DNA of 63,697 bases, filler included, from Choristocarpus tenellus KU-1152 (lineage: Eukaryota; Protista; Phaeophyceae): assembly GCA_964200185.2 (NCBI GenBank). It is 11 parts of 11 records of this genome, joined end to end, with 100 filler letters (N's around TTAATTAATTAA, not from the genome) between each part and the next. Parts side by side here need not be neighbours in the genome. Positions count along the whole stretch, not along the records: positions 9,681 to 14,429 come from CAXNAD020013220.1; positions 14,530 to 21,242 come from CAXNAD020007506.1; positions 21,343 to 25,045 come from CAXNAD020018422.1; 8 more parts are not named here. One strand, given 5' to 3'. Positions 11,966-21,897 of this stretch are shown here, in pieces. The position numbers and the translations under genes were made by a program. Under the pieces are notes generated by a model. It did no database searches, had not been told where the DNA came from, and saw only the letters and a list, made by a program, of their open reading frames with translations. Every line of letters starts with the position of its first letter. The first letter of the stretch is position 1.

Positions 11966-12744
11966 ATGTCTGGCTCAGAGCGAAAGTATCTTAGAGGGTA
12001 CAAGTTTTGCCCTGTTTGTCTATTTAGGACTTGGCTTCCCTCGAGGTTCTTATGACATTTTCCTACTCCAAAATATTTCCGAGAAGTAGGTAAAATGTAT
12101 ACGTCATTAAAAGATGTGTCCGGAACAAGAATATTGACAATTAATTCCTAACAAACACGACAGCCAAAATTACATCGAAATCGCAACATTGGATTTTGGC
12201 CCTCAACTGGACGCAGCTCTACCCTCTAAGACACCTTGGCTCTCACAGTATTCGCAAGAAGCTGAGGTCGCCTCCGACCTACACATTCTCCAAGAAATCG
12301 ATGATTCCGAGAGATTCCAGTCTAGTACCACAACTCAAGGCAATTCTGGTCGCAGTGGTGTCCACGCTGATGAACGTCGAGACAGGTGCAGAGAGCGCTT
12401 TCGTTTTCGGTCTTCCAATCGTGGCAGATCCCGCTCCAGGTCGAGACCCCGGGACAGGCGCTCTCATCAAAATGGACGGAGGACCAGAGAAGAACGCAGA
12501 GGCCGCACCCGTTCACCGCATCGTCACCGTCGGACCAGTGATTATTATTCTTCACACAGGTCTATATCACCCAGACCATCTCGAAGGAATAGCCTGAGTA
12601 CAGTATGTCGGTCCAGAGAGGTTGAGGCAGAGTTGCGAAGAGAGAATCATGAGTTGCGTACACGAGCCTCGTTGCATGAGTCACGACCCGATGGGCAGGA
12701 GCGCAACCTCAACATGCGTTACCATCAAGATTGTGTTAGAACCA
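11966..12744 (+). pseudogene. Arg/Ser-rich ORF, probable gag N-terminus of the upstream LTR element, disrupted by MITEs
   Basis: Removing MITE 11978-12242 and one TCA restores ATG TCT GGC TCA CAG TAT... (MSGSQYSQEAEVASDL...RSRSRSRPRDRRS...ELRRENHELR). It lies ~370 bp after the PBS. Confidence 0.55.
11978..12242 (-). mobile_element. MITE family 1 (~260 bp), TSD TCA
   Basis: TIRs GAGCGAAAGTATCTTAGAGGGTA ... TACCCTCTAAGACACCTTGGCTC, with TCA on both flanks. Confidence 0.92.
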
Positions 12745-13002
12745 GAGCCAAAGTATCTAAGAGGGTAGAGCCGCGTCCATTTGGGGGTCAAAATTCAATG
12801 TTGCAATTTCGATGTAATTTTGGCTGTCGTGTTTGTAAGGAAGTGTCAATATCCTTTTCCGGACACACCTTTTCATAACGTTTACATTTTACCTACTCGG
12901 AAATTATTTTGGAGTGGGAAAATGTCATAAAAACCCCGAGGGAAGCCAAGCCCCAAATGGACAAACAGGGCAAAACTCGTACCCTCTAAGATAATTTCAC
13001 TC
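12745..13002 (+). mobile_element. MITE family 1, flanks not matching (CCA/GTA)
   Basis: GAGCCAAAGTATCTAAGAGGGTA ... TACCCTCTAAGATAATTTCACTC, with the same internal sequence as other copies. Confidence 0.92.
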
Positions 13003-14211
13003 GTATACCACACTTGGGTAACCGTTGTTACCTCTGTAATATGTAGCTTGCAAAATGGATGCATTGTCCTATCGAATGTGGGTCACATCAGTGGGCCCCA
13101 CAGCACCCGGAAACCCCAACTTTATGAAGGTATCTACAACCGTCATAAGGTGGTCATCAACGGTGTTGCACATTTCAATCACAAAATTCCTTAAGAAAGT
13201 GTGGAAGAATTATTTAGGTGTGCTCTGTTCGTGGAACGGGACCTGGATTGGGAAATACATTGCGAAGATTTTCTTAATAGTATGTAAATAATCCTAAGAA
13301 AAAAAGACCACATCAATCTTGAGAAGAAAATTCAATCAACATTCGTTTGCATAAGCGAGACTAGAAAACGACCTTAGTTACGATCTTCCCAAGAAGAGAG
13401 TGTGCAAGATTGGTTTAGCGTAAGAGATAGGAATAGAGCGATTATTTTCATAAATATAATCGCTCTTGTCAGTAGAGGTCTATATGCTGGGAATATCCAA
13501 ACACAAGTGGATAATGCGTGCAGTCATACGCATTTTTGCGCGCCACCATTTGTTATTGACACCAGTCAAACTGATGGACAAGGTGTGTGGTGTGTGGGTC
13601 ACACGTACAACTCAATTGTGGTAACCCCAATATGAACGGTGGATTCAAACCACCAAACCCCAATATCGTGTTTCATCTTCTAACTGATTACAACAAATCA
13701 AAGCGGGGATCCATTAACATGCTACTCTGGCTCTGTTGACGTACGCCCAGCATGCATCAACTCCATCTCTCACCTCCTTTCTGAATCTCATCTCTGGTGG
13801 TTCTCATCACCCCTCATCACACAGAAGCAGACGTCATGACATTACCAACGCTCCAATAGAAATAATGGGATATACATTTGTACATGTATGTATATATTCA
13901 CACCCATGAGTCACCCATACACCAAAGAAACAATTCTGGATTTTACTATCTCTATTCGTACAAAAATCAATAATAGATCCATGCATGACCAATCAACACG
14001 CAACAGGTCAAACAGTGCCCCACACTACAACACGACAAAATAATAATGCTATCAGTTTTATTTCAACGCCAGCTCACTTACATCCATCTTGTTTGGGGTT
14101 GTTGATACCCACACGTCTAAACAAACACATTCACAATAATCTCTCTCAATCACAGACGTATCTAACTCCTCTACCCTACTCTCTTAAATGGTTTTGTGTT
14201 GGTTTCTGATT

Positions 14212-14390
14212 GGCTCAAAGTATCTGGGGGGGTGGCAGCTGTCCGTTTGGGGTCAATTTTTCATATCTCGATTTTTGGGTGATTTGTTTGCATGCGTCGG
14301 ATGGATAATGTAAATGCCCTTTTCCTGATTTTGGTCCAAATGGACAACCCTGGTGTAGACCCCCCCCTCCCCCCTCAGATACTTTGGGTC
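14212..14390. mobile_element. MITE family 2 (~180 bp, G-tract TIRs), full copy, TSD ATT
   Basis: ATT|GGCTCAAAGTATCTGGGGGGG ... CCCCCTCAGATACTTTGGGTC|ATT. Confidence 0.9.
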
Positions 14391-14529
14391 ATTTTGTGAC
14401 GCCTTTATAGATGTCTTCGCCTAAACCATNNNNNNNNNNNNNNNNNNNNNNNNNNNNNNNNNNNNNNNNNNNNTTAATTAATTAANNNNNNNNNNNNNNN
14501 NNNNNNNNNNNNNNNNNNNNNNNNNNNNN

Positions 14530-14638
14530 CAAATCGGAGTTCCCCCTCTTGGGGTTCCCTACACGCGTATACTGCTTGCGCCAGTCAAAGCACGGGAAGA
14601 AATATTCGTGCTACTCGCCTGTAACATGCCCCCCAGCG
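14530..14638 (-). mobile_element. PPT plus start of the 3' LTR of a second gypsy element
   Basis: Minus strand: a GCT-G-run-CA tract followed by TGTTACAGGCGAGTAGCACG at 14626. The PPT has the same form as at 15535-15524 and the LTR start resembles 10976. Confidence 0.6.
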
Positions 14639-14706
14639 TGAACTAGGTATACATGTTTCACGCTTACCACAGGCGATTGTCACCGGTTAAGACAATAGAT
14701 ATTATC

Positions 14707-15535
14707 TGTCACCTCAGATCACACTGTAGCAGCATGAGTTAGTGGCCATCACACAAAAGAGGGGCTCCAGTTCCAACTTGACAGTTGTTTCCCACCCAGG
14801 GACCTCGGTTCCAAATTCCAGATAGTTCTAACCAATGATTTGACATATCTCCCAGTTTCTTCTTGAGAATATTTCCTCAAAAGTCTTGAGACACAGTCAA
14901 AATCAATAAATGTCTGAGCTAATCAGAATATATATTTTTGTGAAAAAAATATATAACTTCAACTAGCTCCGGAATCGATCAACACATATCCATGTTTTTC
15001 TTGGGATAATTTATCCTAAGAGGCACAGAATGTAATGTGCATCTCGGCTTGTCTGAGTATGTACTTGCTCTTTCTAAAACATCTTCAAAAATTGCAAAGT
15101 ATACACCTCTGACATGGCCAAAATGAATGGGACCCCAGTTCCGATCACCTTGATCATAAATGATCCATCTCCACAATTCTTTTGAAGAGAGTCCGTCTCG
15201 GACTTTAGGATAACAAAATGGAGAAAATAAGAGAATAAAAAAAAAATAAAACAGAAGAAGAATGTATCCTATGTAAGAACGTTTACTACAATTGATTGTT
15301 ACTGGTGAAGACAATAGACGTCATTAATCGTCTCAAAACATCTTGTAGCAGCGAGAAGGAAGAGCAGAAAAATATGCCAAACTTCTACTAGGCCTAAACA
15401 TGTATCCTTATCCTACTTTGGGGAAGTCTGTCTGCATCTAGCGTAATTCTGAGGATACATTAATTCTCTCTAAGGTACAGCTTTCCTAGAGTGTCAAGTA
15501 TCATCCAATTATTGCCTGTCTCATGCCCCCCCAGC
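14707..15535 (-). mobile_element. PPT (15535-15524) and probable 3' LTR (15523-14707) of the gypsy element
   Basis: GCTGGGGGGGCA|TGAGACAGGC lies ~120 nt after the pol stop. The putative end is ...TCTGAGGTGACA at 14707; this end point is tentative. Confidence 0.55.
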
Positions 15536-15651
15536 ATGAAGCATACTGACGGCTGCTAGTGCGTAAACAGGCCATAATATCAACGTCAGCTTATAAATCG
15601 GTTAGCTCTCACGTACCTTGCTTTCTGGATGCGTAGTGATTACCTGTTGGA

Positions 15652-18600
15652 CTATTTTCGGGAGAAACGACTCATTTCATTTTTATTCATTTCTTCCCAA
15701 TCCCCATCATTATATCGTACCCTCCAGTAGGGTGACTTGAAGTCAAAAACTGTACCTATGTACCACTTATCCTTTCCCTTCTCGTCTTTCCATGACTTCT
15801 TGACAGTACTGTGGGGAAAAGGCGTAATGCATCCTCTCTAGACAAGGGTTTTCCTTGGCGAGAGGTGTCAGTAGGGCGTGGGCTCGTGTCTGGATTATAG
15901 AGGTCCCATAGGGCATGGAAAACATCTAGCTGTAGTGGAGTGAAGCTTTCCATAGCCTCTCTCTCAGTAATCCAATCTGACAATTCCCCATTCTGGTATT
16001 TTCCCTTGTACTCCCAATGCCAGACATTGGATGGCAACAATATTGCTTTCCTGTCCATAAGAGTGTACATGGGGGTAGCTACCACAGATTGCTCTGACAA
16101 ACCTAGGTTCGACTCCCATACTAGTTGAGCATACTCCTCTTGGAAGCTATGTCTTAGATGAGTGGGTCGTACGTGAAATGGTTTTACGTGAGAAGCATGA
16201 ACCGTACGAGTGCGGGTTTGCCTGCCTAGCAGTTCTACTGTCATGCTACTACTTTGATGTGATACCTCTTTCACAGTCCATGGTCCTGTCCATCTTTCAT
16301 GGACTAGCTTTCTGCCTACTCTCGTCTCGCCTAATCTTTCCCCATGGATAGAGCTGTCTGCTTCTTTTACTAGGACTAGGTCACCTGGTTTGGATTCGAG
16401 TCCTGGTGAAGACCTAGTTATCAAAACATTGCGCTCTCTCTCTCTGTCTCTGCCTAGCGGACATCCTTCTCTCCAGGACTTCTCGTACCTCCCTGAAGTT
16501 CTGTCTACGCTGTTCGATGAAGGAATCCAATCCTCCAACTTCTACGTCCCCATCCAACTTTGGTATGACTGTATCTAGTTGTGTGCGGGGGTCACGGCCA
16601 AACAGGACTCGGAAGGGGGTGGGGTTGAGTGGGTCAGAGGGATCTGGGGTGATGCGATGTGCCCAACATGCTGGAGATACATACTCATCCCATCTATCTG
16701 ACCACTTCACACATAATTCCGACAGGACTTCTAAAAGCAGGCCTCCCATCTTCTCTACTCTCCCTTGTCCCCTCGAGTTACCAGTTGGTCCATAATTAAT
16801 AGGGACCTTCAGCCAACGGCAAAGGTGACTCATTACGTCACCTGTGAACTCCCCTCCCGCATCACTACGAATTGACAGAGGGATCCCGAATGTGAGACAA
16901 AATTCCGGCACGTTCGTGGCTACTCCAGTTGCTTCCTTCGACGCCATGGGAAATGCAAAAGGGAATCTCGAAGCTCTATCAATCACAATTAACAGATACC
17001 TATTGCCTTTTGCTGAAATGTGTCCTACTCTTGTGGTCCATCTCGAGTACATCCCATGGTTCCAGGAACTTGGCTGGCAGCATTGCCACTTGCGTACTCC
17101 TGGTCCTCTTTCGTCTGCGACAGCCACAGGATATAACATAATCTTGTGTGTCTTTGTGGAGTGAGGGCCAAAAGAAGTATCGACGGGTTAGGGTTACTGT
17201 GCGTCCAACTCCTTGATGACCAGTTTGCAAGTGAACTAGTGCTATGATGTCTGACACTAGTGAACGAGGAACTGCTAACTTAGGTGGATACTCTCCAGGG
17301 GTGTACCAGAGTAACTCTTTATCATCTAGGGAATATGACTCCACATCTATACTTCCTTTTCCCCATTCGATTGACGACTTCCAGTGTTCTCGGCCTTCGA
17401 GTACATCCCGTATGCTGCCCAAGAAGGGGTCTTTCTTCTGCCTTTCCACTAGCTCTGACACGTCCGATAAAGTAGCCATTGCTCTCTTGAGAGTGGGGTG
17501 GTGTTGAACCACCTCACTCATTTGAACCATTCTGTCACCGTCCTTCTTGTTCTTTGGCCTCGGTGTACTTGTGCGCCTTTTCTTGTAAGGTGGCTTCTCT
17601 TCTCCTGCTTTTCCTTTTATTTCTACCCTGTCTTTGAGGGTAGAGTCTAAAGGTTGCCAACCAGAAGTGTTAGTGGCGTTAAGTGGGGGGAGGAGTTGCT
17701 GCGGGGTGTGTGTCAGGTCTACACTAGGTGTTCTGTCTGGGGTCATCCAACCAGAGGGAGGGGGTTTATATACTGGCATGCTTTGATCTTGGGGACTACT
17801 GAGTGGTAACCAACCTCGAACGCCTAAGTCTAGATTATCAGGTCCCGTGTGGTAATCTTGCAGAGCTGAAAATATTCCTGAGAATGTGGCATCAACTGTT
17901 CCTTGAAGTAACATTCGTGCTACACCTAGACTTGGTTCATCATGTGAGGGGGAAGTACACTCTAGTTCTGAATCTACCAGCGCACAGAGAGAGCAAGGGG
18001 ACAGTGTGGGGTGACCTGGGCTTAGTTCTGATGTACCTAGATCCTGCAAACATACACCATCCAAGATAGGTTCTTGTGGTCCAGCGTAGTTCTTGCTACA
18101 AGCTATTGATGGATCGTCAGGAAAAGAGTCATTGATATCCGAACCTGATCCTGTTGGTGGGGAGAGTCGTGACAGCCCATCCGGTAGTTGGTGCTTCGAG
18201 CCTGCTCGCCACTTAGGTTCCATATCATGATCCATAAGACGGAGGGCCGACCTGTGGAGCTTAGGGCTAAGTTCACGGCTCTTGAAGAGCCAAGTCAGTG
18301 CAGAACAGTCAGTGATTAAGGTGAATTTCCTACCCCAAATGTAGGAGCGGAAGTGTTCTACAGCCCACAAGATGGCCATGCATTCTCTTTCAGTGGGTGC
18401 TCTCCTACTGTCTGTTTTAGACCATCTATGGCTAGCATATGCTATGACATGTTCTTGGTCATCATCTTGCACCTGGTTCAGGGTTGCTCCAGACCCTTCC
18501 TCACTAGCATCTGTATGAAGGAGGAATGTTTTATCCCATTCAGGAAAGACTAGGATTGTTGGAGAGACCAAACGCTCCTTAAGTTCTTCAAAGGCTCTCT

Positions 18601-21242
18601 GCTCCCCTGGTCCCCAAGGGACACTCTTCTTTCTGTCTCTTTTGGAAGCATATCCTTTGTTCCGGAGGATGTCAGTCAAGGGTGCAGCTATTTGGCCATA
18701 GTTCGGAACAAACTGTCGCATGTATCCTGTCATACCTAGGAAACTCCTTAACTGCTCGACTGTAGATGGGGGGTCAAGCTTTGCTACTGCTATCATTTTT
18801 TATGGAGCAGGACTCAAGCCATATCTACCTACCTTCATTCCTACAAATTCTTGTGAGGGCATGCACCACGAGGATTTGGGAAAGTTCACAGACAGGCCGT
18901 ATTGCTTAAGTCTGGCAAGGAGGAGGCGAAGTTTGGTCATGTGTTCATCAAATGATGAGCTATAGCAAAAAAGATCGTCTAGCCAGTTTTCTACACCCTC
19001 CCCTTTGAGATCTCCTAATGCCTCTCTCATGTAGCTAGAGAATACTGCAGGTAAGATTTTTAACCCAAAGCCACATCTGTTATATTCCCAAAGTTGTCCA
19101 TGAGCGTCACGGAAAGCTGTCTTATGTTTGTCTACCTCTGCTATTTCGAGTTGAAAGAACCCCGACGCTAGATCTATGGCAGTGAAATAGCTAGAACCCT
19201 TGAGCTTGTCAAAGATGCTGGTGATGTTTCCAAGACCTCCACTGTCACTGCGTGAGAGATCATTAAGCATCCTATAATCTGTGCATAACCTCAAGGTCCC
19301 ATCTTTCTTACGTACTGCTACTACTACTGCTGCCCATGCTGAGGTAGAGGGTCTCATAATACCACGTTCCTGCAACTGCTTAACCTCTGTTTGAATCATC
19401 TGTGTTTCTTCAGGAGAAAAACGCCTTTGTTTCGCTGCATAGGGTGTGCAGTTCTTATCTAATAGTGGTATATGTAATACTCCTCGGGAGCATGGGGGAA
19501 CTAGTTTGGGATCTTCAGGGAATACTCCTAAACTTCTAAATTCTTCCAACAATTCTACCAACTGTTTTCTTCTGTCCTGGTGTCAGCTGTCCTATGTTGG
19601 CATCACTGAGGCTTACCGAATGATGACGGATCCCCTCAGTTTCACCAGAAGGGGTGTCCTCCTCTTCTGCTACCTGGCAGTTACTAGTCTTTTCTGCCTC
19701 TGGGTAATGCCTTATCTGGGGACTAGTCGTGGTAAGCAGAACCTGTGATTTTTGAGGGTCTCTGGGGGGTTGGGTTAGCGACTGAAAGAGTGCAACCACC
19801 CTCTCGCTATCCTGAGTATTCAGAGCAATCGCCTTTGCAACTGGCAGCCCTGCCTGGATACTACTGGGTTAACTACACTTATTTACCAGCTTGCAATAAA
19901 TGGGGGTTCCTAGGTTCCACCATTGTACACCTCTGGCAACTCCTACAGCGTTCCCTAATTCCAGGTTATACTCTGATAAGGGTTCTATCACCACCAGCTG
20001 TCTGGATTGAGGTTGTGCTCCCTTAACGAATCCTTTGCAGACTTTGCTGACAAACCCTTCTACATGTTCTACTTCTGACAGACGCAATTCCCATTGCATA
20101 GTCCCATCATCCTCCCACACTACATCCACTGGAAGGGGCATCACACCTGGATTCTCCAATGATGGGGTCAGAGGGTCCTTGTCTTGGGTAAGGCCTATCA
20201 TGGCAATACCTGCCTCTGGATCCGTCTCTTGGGTACCTGCTTCTGGGTCTACATAAAAAAAGTTGCATGTTCCTTCTCTGGTGGTATATGTTCACCGGTT
20301 AGTGTACTAGTTCATCTTGGGGCTCTAGGGGGTGTGACAGGGGGGGGTTCTCTACATCCAGCTGATCTGGGGTTATTGAGGGGTATTCTGTCATACTTGG
20401 ATGGTCGGGTTGTGGATGTCATTGATGCTTGCCATTCTCCTAGGGTTGACAGGTGTATATTGTTGTCATGAGATCGGGGTGTCGCAGCTCGAACAAAAGG
20501 TATCCATGGTGAATTTGGAGCTGGTCGGAAGCCTTCCCCTTCTCTAAATGACAATATACTCTTGTTCTGCCTACAGAATGCTGCTCCCAGAACCATCCCA
20601 TAAGGTAAGCCCTTCACTACCCTGAATGTCACATTGCGGACTCTATCCTCTGAGGGAAACAATATTGGCAGTATGCAAGACCCCAATACCTGCATAGGTG
20701 GAGTCTTGCACCCTTTCGGGTTTGCTGCATGCAGCGTTCCTTTACCTGTTTGGTTAAGGTGTGGTAGGCCTGTGCTACCTCCCCAGAGAGTAGTACTGCG
20801 CCAAAAAGCAGATGAAATGTAGTTCCCATCTCCTGCGCCTGTGTCAAGGAGTATCTGTACAGGCATTCTCGAGCGGACTTTGCGAGGGTGCCATAGTAGT
20901 GCAGATATCCATACTTGCCTCGTTCGTTGAGCAGTTGACATAGTGGATATTATCGAGGTAGGTGTGGGGGCCATGCCTCCTATGGCTACAGTGTTTAAGT
21001 TCCCTGGAGCTGAAGACTCCAGGGCGTACCCTCAGGGCAACTCGAGTACTTCAGAATCGGTCGTGCTGTTTGCAAATAGTGGCGGGAACTCAAGGTCCTG
21101 CATCGCGGCAAGGTAATGCAAATGGGAATCTGTCAAGACTACCATCGTCGTACGTGACTCATTAGCTGGGGTAGCACTTTGCTTGTCTCGGGAAAGATAT
21201 GCAAAGTAACCCTTAGGTACTATGGAGTCATCGTGAGTATAC
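15652..21242 (-). mobile_element. Ty3/gypsy LTR retrotransposon pol (PR-RT-RNaseH-IN-chromo-like-Tudor-like), inactivated
   Basis: Protease ILLDTGAG (20312-20974); RT LRLCTDYR, IDLASGFFQ, NWLDD (18800-19561); RNase H LHTDAS, ERECMAI, ITDCSAL; IN Zn finger H..GHQG...CGC; core IDRASRF, RSDAGGEF, GRVEK; WTGPW motif. Domain order RT-RH-IN defines gypsy. Lesions: in-frame TAA at 18800-18802, frameshifts near 17040, 16440 and 15810. Confidence 0.96.
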
Positions 21243-21342
21243 NNNNNNNNNNNNNNNNNNNNNNNNNNNNNNNNNNNNNNNNNNNNTTAATTAATTAANN
21301 NNNNNNNNNNNNNNNNNNNNNNNNNNNNNNNNNNNNNNNNNN

Positions 21343-21382
21343 CCAAATGGACGCGGCTCTACCCTCTAAGATACTTTGGCTC
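21343..21382 (-). mobile_element. MITE family 1 terminal fragment at contig start
   Basis: CCAAATGGACGCGGCTCTACCCTCTAAGATACTTTGGCTC. Confidence 0.85.
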
Positions 21383-21897
21383 ATTCAATAACAAAAAAAA
21401 ACAGATAGAATTCCCGTCCGCTTCATTGAAGCATGTCTTCAACATCAACTCTAATTTACAAACTGTACTGACTCGTTTTTCCCCTCTGACATACGCATTT
21501 TGAGGGCTATAGGCAGTTGATCAGAGCAATACAGAAATTAAGTACGTGTCCTGCATTGCGCTATCTAGCGATCAGCAGGCATGGACTCTCCAACGGGACT
21601 CTAGTGTGCTCATCGTCTACAACAAGCAGTAGCTTTCCCAAGCCTGGAATGATCAAATGTGCTTTGGGGGCAAGGTTTCTATTTATTGGAAGGCCTGCTA
21701 TGGAATGCTGAAAGCATGTTGCTGCACTCAAAAGAAAAAAAAAGTGGCTAGATATGTCATCGGTACAAATGAAAAAAGGTGTGCCTTGATATTAGCCACT
21801 GAGAAGATTGGCCACTTGACTTCCTTCCATTGTGGTGCAACCATATGACACACTATCCTGAATTGGCTACTTGTAGCCCTCGGAAACCCCAATAACA

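Noticed and set aside
11978-12242. MITE family 1 as an introner (spliced-out transposon)
   Set aside because: The GT and AG sites within the TIRs would leave 23 or 35 nt, not a multiple of 3, and the interrupted ORFs are decayed.
12189-12878. 229-aa ORF as a host SR splicing factor
   Set aside because: Both ends are MITE sequence, there is no RRM, and it sits right after an LTR-PBS.
17470-18170. DNA methyltransferase domain inside the gypsy pol
   Set aside because: No FxGxG, PC or ENV motifs in the RNase H-integrase linker.
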